Part shown: positions 53,069-64,000 of the stretch, piece by piece
How the letters are laid out: each line of letters begins with the position of its first letter
How positions within the stretch are numbered: the first letter of the stretch is position 1
From: an uncultured Verrucomicrobiota bacterium
GTDB lineage: Bacteria; Verrucomicrobiota; Verrucomicrobiia; Limisphaerales; J093
NCBI GenBank assembly: GCA_964466945.1
Contig: CAYXPA010000002.1
Location: forward strand, 24,837 to 88,836
DNA length: 64,000 bases
Direction of reading: 5' to 3'
The notes under the pieces: model-generated
What the model saw: the letters and a program-made list of their open reading frames with translations, nothing else
Database searches by the model: none
Told to the model about the DNA's origin: nothing
Made by a program: the position numbers and the translations under genes

Positions 53069-54163
53069 ATGAACCCCCTCCGTTCCACCCCTTCAGCATC
53101 CGCGTCCCGTTTCGATGCGCGCCCTCACGCGCGGCTCCGGGCCACCGCTCTCGCCACCGGCTTGTTGACGCTGGCCGGGCTGGCGGCCGGTTGCCGGCGC
53201 GAACACCCGCCCGCCGCCGCCGCGCCGCCGAACCAGCCGGCGGTGCCGGTCAAGGTCCTCAAGGCCGAGCTGCGGCCCGTGCGGGCCACTGAAGAGGTCG
53301 TGGGCACCGTGCGCGCCCGGCTCCGCGCCAGCCTCGAGGCCAAGGTGCCCGGCCGCATCGTCCAGTTGCCCGTGGTCACCGGCCAACTGGTGCGGCGCGG
53401 CGACCTCATCGCCCAGCTCGAGGTCCAGGAAATCCAGGCCCGGCTCGACCAGGCCCGCGCCGCGGCCGAGCAGGCCGAGCGCGACCTCGAGCGCTACGCC
53501 GCGCTGCTCAAACAGGCGGCGGTGACCCGCGCCGAGTACGACGGCATGGAAGCGCGCGCCCGCATCGCCCGGGCCACCGTGGCCGAGGCCCTTTCGATGC
53601 TCGAGTATGCCCGCATCACCGCGCCGTTCGATGGCGTGGTGTCGCGCAAGTTTGCCGACGTGGGCGACCTGGCCACGCCCGGCCGCCCGTTGGTGGAGCT
53701 GGAGGACCCGGCGGCGTTGCGGGTCGAGGCCGACGTGGCCGAGGCGCTCATCGGGCAAGTCCAGCCCGGCGCGCGGATGCGCGTGCACGCCGCCGGCCGG
53801 GACACGCCCCTCGAGGCGGTCGTCTCGGAAATCGCGCCCGCGGCCGATCCCAACAGCCGCACCTTCCGCGTGAAGCTGGACCTGCCGCCCGGCGCGGGCC
53901 TGCGCCTGGGCCAGTTCGCCCGCGTGCTCATCCCGCTGGGCGAGACCCCGGCCTTGTGCGTGCCGGCCGCGGCCGTGGTCCGGCGCGGTCAGATGGACCT
54001 GGTGTACGTGGTCGAGGACGGCCGCGCGCGGCTGCGGCTGGTCAAGGTGGGCAAGTCCCTCGGCCCGGAGGTGGAACTGCTTTCCGGCGTCCAGGCCGGG
54101 GACCTGGTGGTCAGCGAAGGCGCCGCCCGGCTCCGGGATGGCCAGCCCGTGGAATTGCCCTGA
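53069..54163 (+). CDS. efflux RND periplasmic adaptor (MFP/HlyD family), lipoprotein-type
   Basis: ATG 53069 lies 6 nt after the TolC stop. Lipobox-like LAGLAAGC. Motifs VGTVRARLRASLEAKVPGRIVQLPVVTGQLVRRGDLIAQLE, ITAPFDGVVSRKFADVGDLATPG. Confidence 0.85.
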   Translation: MNPLRSTPSASASRFDARPHARLRATALATGLLTLAGLAAGCRREHPPAAAAPPNQPAVPVKVLKAELRPVRATEEVVGTVRARLRASLEAKVPGRIVQLPVVTGQLVRRGDLIAQLEVQEIQARLDQARAAAEQAERDLERYAALLKQAAVTRAEYDGMEARARIARATVAEALSMLEYARITAPFDGVVSRKFADVGDLATPGRPLVELEDPAALRVEADVAEALIGQVQPGARMRVHAAGRDTPLEAVVSEIAPAADPNSRTFRVKLDLPPGAGLRLGQFARVLIPLGETPALCVPAAAVVRRGQMDLVYVVEDGRARLRLVKVGKSLGPEVELLSGVQAGDLVVSEGAARLRDGQPVELP

Positions 54164-54213
54164 AGCGGCGCGCCGCCCGCCCCGGTGAACGCAACCCGGT
54201 TTGATGCTGCCCC

Positions 54214-57200
54214 ATGAAGGACCCGACTTCCCCCGCCCCGTCCGCCCCGCTCGGCCTGGCCGGCAAGGTGGCGCGGGCGTTCATTGACTCGAAGCTCACC
54301 CCGCTGATTGTCCTCACCTCGGTGCTGCTGGGCGTGTTCGCCACGCTGCTGCTGCCGCGCGAGGAGGAGCCGCAAATCAAGGTGCCGATGATTGACGTGA
54401 TGGTGGCCATGCCCGGCTCCAGCGCGGCCGAGGTCGAGGAGCGCGTCACCCGGCCGATGGAAAAGCTGCTCTGGGAAATCCCCGGCGTCGAATACCTCTA
54501 TTCGACCTCCCGCGAGGGCCAGAGCCTGGTGATCGTGCGCTTCAAGGTGGGCGAGGACATCGAGAAGAGCCTGGTCAAGCTGAACCAGAAGTTGCAATCC
54601 AACTTCGACCGCATCCCGCCGGGCGTGTCCTTCCCGCTCATCAAGCCCAAGAGCATTGACGACGTGCCCATCCTGGCGCTGACCTTCCACAGCCCGCACC
54701 ACGACCACCTCACGCTCCGTCGGCTGGTGGCGCAAGTGGATGACGCGGTCAAACAGGTGCCCCAGGTGGCCGAGACCACGCTCCTCGGCGGCGCGCGCCG
54801 CCAGGTGCGGGTGCTGCTGGACCCGGCGCGGCTGGCCGCCCGCGGGCTCACCCCGGCGGGGCTGGTGCCCATGCTGCGGCAGAGCAACCGGCAGTTCGCC
54901 TCTGGCGCGCTGACCACCGGCGACCGCGAGGTGCTGGTCGAGACCGGCGGATTCCTCGCCTCCGCCCGGGACGTGGGCAACGTGGTGGTGGGCGTCTTCG
55001 GCGGCAAACCGGTGTACCTGCGCGAGGTGGCGGATATCGAGGACGGTGCGGAAGAGCCCGCGCAGTACGTCTTCTTCGGGCGCGGCGCGGCGGCGGGCGG
55101 GCCGGCGCCGGAAGAGCCGGCGGTGACGCTGAGCATCGCCAAGCGGCCCGGGGCCAACGCCATTGACGTGGCCCACGCGGTCCTGCGCAAGGTGGACACC
55201 CTCAAGGGCTGGATCATCCCGGCCGACGTCGAGGTCAGCATCACCCGTCACTACGGCGAGACCGCGGCGGAGAAGTCCAACGAGCTGCTCCTGCACATGG
55301 GCATCGCGGTGGTGAGCGTCTCGCTGCTGATCCTGCTGGTGCTGGGCTGGCGCGAGTCGTTGATCGTGGCCATCGCCATCCCCGCCACGCTCGCCCTGAC
55401 GCTGCTGGTGTTCTACCTGTACGGCTTCACCCTCAACCGCATCACGCTCTTCGCGCTGATCTTCTCGATCGGCATCCTGGTGGACGACGCCATCGTGGTG
55501 GTCGAGAACATCGTCCGCCACTTTCACCTGCCGCAAAACCGCGGGCGCTCCCGCCTGGCCGTGGCGGTCGAGGCGGTCAGCGAAGTGGGCAACCCGACCA
55601 TTCTGGCCACGTTTGCGGTGATCGCGGCCGTGCTGCCCATGGCCTCGGTGGGCGGCCTGATGGGCCCGTACATGCGCCCCATCCCCATCGGCTCCAGCGC
55701 GGCGATGGTCTTCTCGCTCTTGATCTCGTTCATCGTCACGCCGTGGGCGGCCGTGCGCATCCTCGCCTGGCGGCGCGCCCGCGCGGGTGAGGCCGCCGCC
55801 ACTCACGTGCACGTGGCGGGCGGGGAAGGCCTGTTTGCCCGCCTGTACCGCCGGTTGATGGCGCCGCTGATTGCCCACCGGGCCTGGCAGGTGTTGTTCC
55901 TGGGCGGGCTGGCGCTGTTGTTGGTCGGCGCGATGGCGCTGGTGGGCGTGGGCTGGGTGAAGGTCAAGATGCTGCCCTTCGACAACAAGAGCGAGTTTCA
56001 GGTGATCCTGAACATGCCCGAGGGCAGCTCGCTCGAGCGCACCGCCCGGGCGGCCCGCGAGATCGCCGCGGCGCTGCGCACCGAGCCGGAGGTGACCGAC
56101 TACCAGATTTACGTGGGCACGGCGGCGCCGTTCAACTTCAACGGCCTGGTCCGGCACTATTTCCTGCGCCGCGGCGCGCACGTGGCCGACCTCCAGGTCA
56201 ACCTGGTCAACAAACATGACCGCCGGGCCCAGAGTCACGACATCGCCAAGCGCGTGCGCCCGCGCGTGGCCGCCATCGCCGAGCGCTACGGCGCCCGCGT
56301 GGCCGTGGCCGAAGTGCCGCCCGGCCCGCCCGTGCTCCAGACGCTGGTCGCGGAAATCTACGGCGCCGACGAAGCCGCCCGGCTCAAGCTCGCCGCCAAG
56401 GTCCGCGAGATTTTCCGGCAGACCCCGGGCGTGGTGGACGTGGACTGGTACGTCGAGGCGGACCAGCCCAAGGCCCGGTTCGTCATCGACAAGGAAAAGG
56501 CCGCCCTGCACGGCATCAGCGCCGAGACCATCTCGATGACGCTGCGCCTGGCCCTGGCCGGCGACCGTCTGGACCTGGTGCACGTGCCGCACGAAAAGGA
56601 GGACGTGGACATCGTGATGCAACTGCCCCTGGCCCACCGCACCTCGCCCGAGGACCTGCTGGCCTTGCGCGTGCGCTCCGGCGACGCCAACGCCCTGCCC
56701 GAGCCGGGCCGGCTTGCGGACGCCCCGCCGCTGGTGCCGTTGCGCGAGCTGGTGCGCGTCGAGCACACCCTCGCCGACAAGAGCCGGTACCGGAAAAACC
56801 TCCTGCCCGTGACGTACGTCATTGGCGACGTGGCCGGGGAGATCGAAAGCCCGGTGTACGCCATCCTCCAGATGAACCGGGCGCTGCGCGCGCTGGACCT
56901 GCGGGAATTCGGCGACGACCGGGCGCAACTGCGCCTTTACAACGCCCAACTGCCCTTCTCCGACGAGCACCTGGCGCTGAAGTGGGACGGCGAGTGGCAC
57001 ATCACCCTCGAGGTCTTCCGCGACCTGGGCCTGGCCTTCGGCGCCGTGCTGGTGCTCATCTACGTGCTCATGGTCGGCTGGTTCCGCTCCTTCCTGACCC
57101 CGTTCATCGTGATGACGGTGATTCCGTTTTCGCTGGTGGGCATCCTGCCGGCGCACGGCGCCTTGCACGCCTTCTTCACCGCGACCTCGATGATCGGGTT

Positions 57201-57606
57201 CATGGCCGGCGCGGGCATCGTGGTGCGCAACTCGATCATCCTGGTGGACTTCATCGAAATCCGGCTGGCCGAGGGCAAGCCCCTGGCCGAGGCGGTGGTC
57301 GAGGCCGGCATGATCCGTTTCCGGCCGATCCTGCTCACGGCCATGGCGGTGGTGGTGGGCGCGGCGGTCATCCTCTTCGACCCGATCTTCCAGGGCCTGG
57401 CCATTTCCCTGATGGCCGGCGGCATCATCTCGATGTTGATCGCCCCCGTGGCCGTGCCCGTGCTCTACTACATGGCCTACGCGCGAAAGGCGGGCCCCGG
57501 GCCGGAACCGGCGCTGCCCACCCCGCCGACGCCGCCCGCGTCCGCGTCCGCGCCGCCGGCTCAGGGCGCAGCGGGCGACGGCGGGACCACGACGGGCGCC
57601 GGTTGA
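54214..57606 (+). CDS. RND efflux transporter permease (AcrB/CzcA superfamily)
   Basis: 1130-aa ORF with the 12-TM RND topology. Motifs [65 protein letters not shown]. Pro/Ala-rich C-terminal tail. Confidence 0.95.
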   Translation: MKDPTSPAPSAPLGLAGKVARAFIDSKLTPLIVLTSVLLGVFATLLLPREEEPQIKVPMIDVMVAMPGSSAAEVEERVTRPMEKLLWEIPGVEYLYSTSREGQSLVIVRFKVGEDIEKSLVKLNQKLQSNFDRIPPGVSFPLIKPKSIDDVPILALTFHSPHHDHLTLRRLVAQVDDAVKQVPQVAETTLLGGARRQVRVLLDPARLAARGLTPAGLVPMLRQSNRQFASGALTTGDREVLVETGGFLASARDVGNVVVGVFGGKPVYLREVADIEDGAEEPAQYVFFGRGAAAGGPAPEEPAVTLSIAKRPGANAIDVAHAVLRKVDTLKGWIIPADVEVSITRHYGETAAEKSNELLLHMGIAVVSVSLLILLVLGWRESLIVAIAIPATLALTLLVFYLYGFTLNRITLFALIFSIGILVDDAIVVVENIVRHFHLPQNRGRSRLAVAVEAVSEVGNPTILATFAVIAAVLPMASVGGLMGPYMRPIPIGSSAAMVFSLLISFIVTPWAAVRILAWRRARAGEAAATHVHVAGGEGLFARLYRRLMAPLIAHRAWQVLFLGGLALLLVGAMALVGVGWVKVKMLPFDNKSEFQVILNMPEGSSLERTARAAREIAAALRTEPEVTDYQIYVGTAAPFNFNGLVRHYFLRRGAHVADLQVNLVNKHDRRAQSHDIAKRVRPRVAAIAERYGARVAVAEVPPGPPVLQTLVAEIYGADEAARLKLAAKVREIFRQTPGVVDVDWYVEADQPKARFVIDKEKAALHGISAETISMTLRLALAGDRLDLVHVPHEKEDVDIVMQLPLAHRTSPEDLLALRVRSGDANALPEPGRLADAPPLVPLRELVRVEHTLADKSRYRKNLLPVTYVIGDVAGEIESPVYAILQMNRALRALDLREFGDDRAQLRLYNAQLPFSDEHLALKWDGEWHITLEVFRDLGLAFGAVLVLIYVLMVGWFRSFLTPFIVMTVIPFSLVGILPAHGALHAFFTATSMIGFMAGAGIVVRNSIILVDFIEIRLAEGKPLAEAVVEAGMIRFRPILLTAMAVVVGAAVILFDPIFQGLAISLMAGGIISMLIAPVAVPVLYYMAYARKAGPGPEPALPTPPTPPASASAPPAQGAAGDGGTTTGAG

Positions 57607-58526
57607 GGGGTGTCGCGCGTGGCGCGGCTGAGGAGACGGCCCTGCTCGTCGAACCACAGCGGGTCCAGGGCGATGAACCGGTCCCACTCGACCCGCGCGG
57701 TGCGTTTCTGGTGGTAGAGGTGCCACCACTGCCCGGCGGCGTCCCGCACCGCGCAGCCGTGGCCGGGGCCGAAGACGTTGCCCCCGCGGTGCACGATCGG
57801 GTTGTGCGGCGCGCGGGTAAACGGCCCCAGCGGGCTGTCCGCCGTGGCGTAGCCCACCGCGTAGTCCGGCGTATCCGCGCCCGAGCCGCTGTACAGCAGG
57901 TAGTACCGCCCGCGGTGCTTGATCAACCACGGCCCTTCGGTCACGCGGCCGGCGCGCGTTTCCCAGTCCGCTTCCGGGTGCAGGATTTCGCGCGGTTCGC
58001 CCTGCGGCTCGGTGGGCGAGGCCATCGGTTGCACGTGGATGCGGAAGCCGGGCAGTTGGACGTAGTACAGGTAGAGCCGGCCGTCGTCGTCGCGGAACAG
58101 GTGCGCGTCAATGGCCCGGTCGAAAAACTTGCGCCCGATCTGGAAGGGGCCCAGCGGGCCGTCGGCCTCGGCCACGCCCACGGTCTGGTTCACGGTGTAG
58201 TAGAGGTAAAAACGGCCCGTGGCGGGATCGCGCCACACGTCCGGCGCCCAGACGTGCGGCGGGCCGGGGCGAAACACCACCGGCCCGTGCTGCCAGTGGA
58301 CCAGGTTGGTTGAGGTGTACACGCGCGTACCGTTGTCGCCGTCCACCTCGCCCGTGGCGTAGAGGTAGTACACGCCCTGGTGGAGCAGCACGGCCGGGTC
58401 GGCCAGGTTGCCCGGGATGAGCGGGTTTTGGTACGTAGCCGCGGGGGCCTCGGTGCCGGTCAGCCCGGGCGAGTGCAGGAGCGCCAGCGCCAGCAGCGCC
58501 ACGCCGGGGAAGGGGGAAGTATTCAT
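57561..58526 (-). CDS. secreted glycoside hydrolase family 43 protein
   Basis: ORF 57561-58595, start set at ATG 58526 ([17 protein letters not shown], signal peptide). Motifs [55 protein letters not shown]. Confidence 0.85.
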   Translation of the reverse strand: MNTSPFPGVALLALALLHSPGLTGTEAPAATYQNPLIPGNLADPAVLLHQGVYYLYATGEVDGDNGTRVYTSTNLVHWQHGPVVFRPGPPHVWAPDVWRDPATGRFYLYYTVNQTVGVAEADGPLGPFQIGRKFFDRAIDAHLFRDDDGRLYLYYVQLPGFRIHVQPMASPTEPQGEPREILHPEADWETRAGRVTEGPWLIKHRGRYYLLYSGSGADTPDYAVGYATADSPLGPFTRAPHNPIVHRGGNVFGPGHGCAVRDAAGQWWHLYHQKRTARVEWDRFIALDPLWFDEQGRLLSRATRDTPQPAPVVVPPSPAAP

Positions 58527-58609
58527 GGTCGGGAGATTTTTGAATTCAACGGGAGGCGACTCGGTGCGGCGGGTGGAAAGTTTCGGCGGCAGCAAAACCC
58601 GGGGCCAGT

Positions 58610-59254
58610 TCAGGCTTCACGCGGCTCCGGGCGCCGCCGGCGGAAGCGGCGGCCTTCGACCACCCAGTCCCCGGCCAGCACACGCGCGATGGCCTCGGGG
58701 TAAAGCCGGTGCTCGACCTCCTGGATGCGCGCGTGAAGCGTTTCCGGCGTGTCGTCGTCCTCCACCGGCACCGGGGCCTGGGCCACGATAGGCCCGGTGT
58801 CCACGCCGTGGTCCACCAGGTGCACGGTCACGCCGGTCACCTTCACGCCGTAGTCCAGCGCCTGCTTCCACGCCTCCAGGCCCGGGAAGGCGGGCAACAA
58901 CGAGGGGTGGATGTTCACGATCCGTTGCGGGAAGGCCCGCAACAGCGGGGCCTTGAGGATGCGCATGAACCCCGCCAGCACCACCAGGTCCACGCGCGCC
59001 GCGCGCAACGCGGCGATGTACGCCGCCTCCGCCGCGTCGTCCAGCTTCGCCCGGAACGGGCCCGGCGGCAGGTACTGCGCGGGGATGCCCAGCTCGCGCG
59101 CGCGCGCGAGGATGCCGGCATCGGGCACGTCGCTGAGCACCAGCACCACCTCGGCGGGCAGCCGGCCCGCCGCGCACGCCCCGGCCAGGGCCATGAAGTT
59201 GGACCCCTTGCCCGAACCCAGCACGCCCAAGCGAAAGCGCGACGCCGCTTGCAT
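58610..59254 (-). CDS. purN: phosphoribosylglycinamide formyltransferase
   Basis: ORF 58610-59278, ATG 59254 preferred. Motifs [50 protein letters not shown]. Confidence 0.9.
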   Translation of the reverse strand: MQAASRFRLGVLGSGKGSNFMALAGACAAGRLPAEVVLVLSDVPDAGILARARELGIPAQYLPPGPFRAKLDDAAEAAYIAALRAARVDLVVLAGFMRILKAPLLRAFPQRIVNIHPSLLPAFPGLEAWKQALDYGVKVTGVTVHLVDHGVDTGPIVAQAPVPVEDDDTPETLHARIQEVEHRLYPEAIARVLAGDWVVEGRRFRRRRPEPREA

Positions 59255-59419
59255 GGCTGCCGTCCTAACACACCCCATCCCTCAAACAAGCGCAAAGGAC
59301 CGGCACCGGGCGGGCCGCGCTCCGCAGCCCGCCGCGCGAACCCCCGAAAACCTACGCCTTCCCTCGCGACCCGATTTTTCCGGCTGGCAGCGCCGGGGCC
59401 GGGTGGTAAGCTTCGCGTC

Positions 59420-60247
<828 letters not shown>

Positions 60248-60979
60248 CCGGCACCCGCCGGGCGGCCACCGAAAATGCCGCTCCTGAACGGAGCTGGCCG
60301 CCGATGGGGCCGCGGGCTGCTACAAAGATGTCGCGCCGGACGGCGCTGGCCTGTCGCGCACTCCTTGCCCGGCAGCGTTTCTGGCGCGCAACCGCCCCGC
60401 ACGCCAACCGACACCCCCCAGGTCGCTTGCCGTTCAACGCCGCTTGTGTCGAACCCCTCGGAGAGGACGCCAACCACGGGCCCTGCTTGGTACGGCTGAT
60501 GAGGCGTTTGTCGGGATGCCGCCGGCCAACGCTGAGGCCGAGGGCCGGGGTCGCGTCAGCGGCACACGGAACCCGTTACGCCACCACTCGCCGCTCACCC
60601 CTTCGTTGCCGCGCGCGACCTGGACCGCGCCGCTCCGGAGGAGCGGAATCTTTGCAGCCCCCGCGACCAACAACAACCCGTCCAGCCCGTCGGGGCGGCA
60701 TCGGCTGTCGGCCGCCGTGACCGACCCACGCGCAGCCGGTACTTCGCTCCGCCCTCCGTGCGGCCGGTGGTCGGTTCGTCCTGAAAATGAACCCGGTGCG
60801 TACCCACGAGCTGCGAATGCCGGAGCGCCCCTCCCACGCAGCTCCGATAGGCGCGGCGTGCTCGTAACGGTTGTCGCGGACCACCTCGCCCCGCTTCGTC
60901 GCCGCGGCGGCAGCCGGGGTCAAGCTGCCGCGCCACAGCGCCGGATTGCCCGCGCGCGCCGGCCGGGTATGCTGCCGGC

Positions 60980-62734
60980 ATGGACAAAGACCAGGTGGCC
61001 GCCGTGCTGGCCGAGATCGGCGTCTTGCTCGAGCTCAAGGGCGAAAACCCCTTCAAGTGCCGCGCCTACGCCAACGCCGCCCGCCAGCTCGAGGGCCTCA
61101 CCGAGCCGTTGGAAAAACTCGTGGCCGAAAACCGCCTGGGCCAGCTCAAGGGCGTCGGCGAGGCCCTCCAGGAAAAGATCACCACCCTGGTCACCACCGG
61201 CCGGCTGCCGTACTACGAGGAACTGAAAGCCTCAATCCCCCCCGGGCTGGTCGAGATGCTCCAGATTCCCGGCCTGGGCCCCAAGCGCATCAAGCTCCTG
61301 CACGAGCGCCTGGGCGTGGATTCAGTGGACCGGCTCGAGGCTGCCTGCCGTGCGGGTCAGGTGGCGGCGCTCGAGGGCTTTGGCGAAAAGACCCAGGCCA
61401 AAATCCTCGAAGGCATCGCCCACCGCCGCCAGTACGCCGAACGGCACCTGCTCAGCGACGCGCTCGACGCGGCCGAGCCCATCCTCGAGGCGCTGCGCGC
61501 GCACCCGGCCGTGACCCGTTGCAGCACCGCCGGCAGCCTGCGCCGTTGGCGGGAGACCATCGGCGACGTGGACTTCGTGGTCTCTTCGCGCCAGCCCGAG
61601 GCGGTGGTCGAGTTCTTCGTCACCCGCCCGGGCGTCGAGCGCGTGCTGGCCCGCGGCGGCACCAAGGCCAGCGTGGTCCTGCCCGGCGGTCTCCAGGCCG
61701 ACCTCCGGGTGGTCAGTGACGCCGAATACCCCTTCGCCCTGGCCTACTTCACCGGCAGCAAGGCCCACAACATCGTCATGCGCCAGCGCGCCATCGCCCG
61801 CGGCCTGCGCCTCAACGAATACGGCCTGTTCCGCTCGACCGAAGAGACCCGCGACCCCGCCCTGCGCGTGCCCTGCGTGGACGAGGCGGAACTCTTCGCC
61901 CGGCTCGACCTGGCCTACATCCCGCCCGAACTGCGCGAAGACTTGGGTGAATTCGCCGCCGCCGAGGCCGGGCCGTTGCCGCGCCTGATCGAGTGGACCG
62001 ACCTCAAGGGCGCCCTGCACGGACACTCGGACTGGAGCGACGGCCGCAATCCGCTCGAGGACATCGCCCGGCACGCCGAGGAACTGGGCCTGCAGTACTG
62101 GGCCATTACCGACCACTCCCGCGCCTCCTTCCAGGCCAATGGACTGGACCCCGCCCGCTTGCGCCAGCAAATCCGCGCCATCGCCGCCATCAACCGCCGC
62201 CTGGCCGACGCCGGCCGCCGCTTCCGCCTGCTCACCGGCACCGAGGTGGACATCCTGCGCGAGGGGCTGGACTACCCGGACGAGCTGTTGGCCGAACTGG
62301 ACGTGGTCGTGGCCAGCCTGCACGTGCCCGCCGGGTCCGAGGCCGAAAACACCAAGCGCCTCATCCGCGCCGCCGAAAACCCGCACGTCCACATGTTGGG
62401 TCACCTCACCGGCCGCCTGCTTCTGCGCCGGGAGCCGGCCCCGGTCAACGCTCAGGCGGTCATTGACGCCTGCGCCGCCACGGGCACCTGGATCGAGCTC
62501 AACTGCAACCCGTACCGCTTCGACCTGGACTGGCGGCTCTGGCCCTACGCGCGCAGCCAGGGCGTCAAATGCGTCATCAACCCCGACGCCCACCGCCTCG
62601 AACACTTTGGCTTTCTGCGCCTGGGCGCGGGCGTGGCCCGCAAGGGCTGGCTCACCCCGGCCGAGGTCATCAACACCCTGCCCTTGGACCAACTGCGCCG
62701 CGCCCTGGCCGCCAAACGCGCCCGACGCCGGTGA
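60980..62734 (+). CDS. polX: family X DNA polymerase with C-terminal PHP phosphoesterase domain (PolX)
   Basis: 584-aa ORF. N-terminal HhH (ELKGENPFKCRAYANAARQL; LKGVGEALQEKI; IPGLGPKRIKLL). Palm region (GSLRRWRETIGDVDFVV). PHP domain (LHGHSDWSDG, LQYWAITDHS, LGHLTGRLL). Confidence 0.9.
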   Translation: MDKDQVAAVLAEIGVLLELKGENPFKCRAYANAARQLEGLTEPLEKLVAENRLGQLKGVGEALQEKITTLVTTGRLPYYEELKASIPPGLVEMLQIPGLGPKRIKLLHERLGVDSVDRLEAACRAGQVAALEGFGEKTQAKILEGIAHRRQYAERHLLSDALDAAEPILEALRAHPAVTRCSTAGSLRRWRETIGDVDFVVSSRQPEAVVEFFVTRPGVERVLARGGTKASVVLPGGLQADLRVVSDAEYPFALAYFTGSKAHNIVMRQRAIARGLRLNEYGLFRSTEETRDPALRVPCVDEAELFARLDLAYIPPELREDLGEFAAAEAGPLPRLIEWTDLKGALHGHSDWSDGRNPLEDIARHAEELGLQYWAITDHSRASFQANGLDPARLRQQIRAIAAINRRLADAGRRFRLLTGTEVDILREGLDYPDELLAELDVVVASLHVPAGSEAENTKRLIRAAENPHVHMLGHLTGRLLLRREPAPVNAQAVIDACAATGTWIELNCNPYRFDLDWRLWPYARSQGVKCVINPDAHRLEHFGFLRLGAGVARKGWLTPAEVINTLPLDQLRRALAAKRARRR

Positions 62735-62834
62735 ACCCGGCGGCCCACCGCCGCCCCGCCCCGCCCGCCCGGCCTCCCGGCGGCCAAAAAGGAATCGCCT
62801 TGCCGGCGCGCGGACGGTTTGATTGCCGTCGGTC

Positions 62835-64000
62835 ATGCCGAAACGCACCGACATCCACAGCGTCCTGATCATCGGCGCCGGCCCGATCATCATCGGGCAG
62901 GCCTGCGAGTTCGACTACTCCGGCACCCAGGCCTGCAAGGCGCTCAAGGAAGAAGGCTACCGGGTCGTACTGGTGAACTCCAACCCGGCCACCATCATGA
63001 CCGACCCGGAGTTCGCCGACCGCACCTACATCGAGCCGATCACCCCCGAGGTGGTGGAAAAAATCATCGTGCGCGAGCTCGAGGAAATGCGTCGCCTGAG
63101 CGTACCCCCGGCCTCTGAAATCTCGAATCTCAAATCTCAAATTCCTCACAAGCTCGTCCTGCTCCCCACCCTCGGCGGCCAGACCGCCCTCAACACCGCC
63201 ATGGCCCTGCACCGCCAGGGCGTTCTGGCCAAGTACGGCATCGAACTCATCGGCGCCAAGCCCGAAGCCATCGAGCGCGGCGAGGACCGGCTGGCCTTCA
63301 AGGAGTTGATGCTCTCGATCGGCCTGGACGTGCCCGTCAGCGGCGTGGCCCACACCCCGGCCGAGGCCCGCGCCATCGCGGAGCAGATCGGCCGGTTCCC
63401 CCTCATCATCCGGCCCGCCTACACCCTGGGCGGCACCGGTGGCGGCATCGCCTACAACCGCGAGGAGTTCGAAGAAATGGCCAAGCGCGGGCTGGACCTC
63501 TCGCCCGTGAGCGAAATTCTTGTCGAAGAATCGCTCCTGGGCTGGAAGGAATTCGAGATGGAGGTCATGCGCGACCGGGCGGACAACTGCGTGGTCATCT
63601 GCTCGATCGAAAACTTCGACCCCATGGGCATCCACACCGGCGACTCGATCACCGTCGCGCCCATCCAGACGCTGACCGACAAGGAATACCAGATCATGCG
63701 TGACGCCAGCTTCGCGGTGATCCGCGCCGTGGGCGTCGAGACCGGCGGCTCGAACATCCAGTTCGCCGTCAACCCGGACAACGGCCGCATGGTGGTCATC
63801 GAGATGAACCCGCGCGTCTCGCGCAGCTCGGCCCTGGCCTCGAAGGCCACCGGCTTTCCCATCGCCAAGATCGCCGCCAAACTGGCCGTGGGCTACACCC
63901 TGGACGAAATCCCCAACGACATCACCCGCGAGACGCCCGCCAGCTTCGAGCCGACCATTGACTATGTGGTGGTGAAGGTGCCGCGCTTTGCCTTCGAGAA
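62835..64000 (+). CDS. carB: carbamoyl-phosphate synthase large subunit, 5' part (runs off the window)
   Basis: Open frame from ATG 62835 to the window end, so it is absent from the ORF track. [62 protein letters not shown]...[19 protein letters not shown]...[34 protein letters not shown] is near-identical in pattern to the E. coli CarB N-terminus as I recall it. Confidence 0.97.
   Translation, partial: MPKRTDIHSVLIIGAGPIIIGQACEFDYSGTQACKALKEEGYRVVLVNSNPATIMTDPEFADRTYIEPITPEVVEKIIVRELEEMRRLSVPPASEISNLKSQIPHKLVLLPTLGGQTALNTAMALHRQGVLAKYGIELIGAKPEAIERGEDRLAFKELMLSIGLDVPVSGVAHTPAEARAIAEQIGRFPLIIRPAYTLGGTGGGIAYNREEFEEMAKRGLDLSPVSEILVEESLLGWKEFEMEVMRDRADNCVVICSIENFDPMGIHTGDSITVAPIQTLTDKEYQIMRDASFAVIRAVGVETGGSNIQFAVNPDNGRMVVIEMNPRVSRSSALASKATGFPIAKIAAKLAVGYTLDEIPNDITRETPASFEPTIDYVVVKVPRFAFE

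Noticed and set aside
57561-57606. 46-nt overlap of the convergent 3' ends of the RND permease and GH43 genes
   Set aside because: Both C-termini are low-complexity Pro/Ala/Gly tails, and such overlaps are common in GC-rich genomes. There is no evidence of functional antisense regulation.
53989-57930. 1313-aa minus-strand ORF, the longest in the window
   Set aside because: It is antisense to the RND permease gene. The composition is dominated by R/G/A/H/D/Q repeats with no recognisable domain. It is a GC-skewed codon artefact.

Overview
GC-rich bacterial chromosomal window. Hand counts of single 60-nt lines give about 62-70% GC in most genes and about 48-53% in two patches. All functional calls come from reading the supplied translations and recognising motifs; no searches were run.

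**Likely source.** The gene content suggests a PVC-group organism, probably Verrucomicrobiota (inference). The cues are a prepilin-type protein with an H-X9-DG-like C-terminus, a Tat-signal Gfo/Idh/MocA oxidoreductase, and GC-rich palindromic intergenic elements.

**Layout, 47 to about 37,500.** This is one unidirectional (minus-strand) polysaccharide/glycoconjugate biosynthesis locus.
- Assembly genes: a priming sugar-phosphate transferase, a WbpB/WbpE/WbpD-like diacetamido-sugar trio, a Wzc-like co-polymerase, Wzx, a Wzy/O-antigen-ligase-like protein and only three glycosyltransferase domains.
- Tailoring genes are unusually numerous:
  - five FemAB/CelD-like GNAT-fold transferases;
  - three XAT-type hexapeptide acyltransferases;
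  - three CE4-type deacetylase domains;
  - an AsnB-like amidotransferase;
  - a pyruvyl transferase;
  - a CapA-like protein;
  - two secreted beta-helix proteins;
  - a frameshifted nitroreductase;
  - an acyl-CoA-dehydrogenase / stand-alone adenylation enzyme / carrier protein cassette.

**Layout, 37.6-64 kb.** This part is housekeeping: xerC/D-like, sixA-like, rpsO-pnp, ruvC-ruvA, thioredoxin, tandem USP, a TolC-MFP-RND efflux operon, GH43, purN, PolX and the 5' part of carB.

**Not found.** No rRNA, tRNA, CRISPR, transposase or phage genes were recognised.

**Most interesting observations.**
- The carrier-protein cassette inside the glycan locus.
- The multiplicity of FemAB-like genes.
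- A Wzc-like protein with a lysine-less P-loop.
- An AsnB-like protein without the Cys nucleophile.
- A homopolymer frameshift in the nitroreductase.
- A 600-aa uncharacterised protein next to ruvCA.
- A family of palindromic intergenic repeats.
- An in-frame, repeat-like 23-codon insertion in carB.
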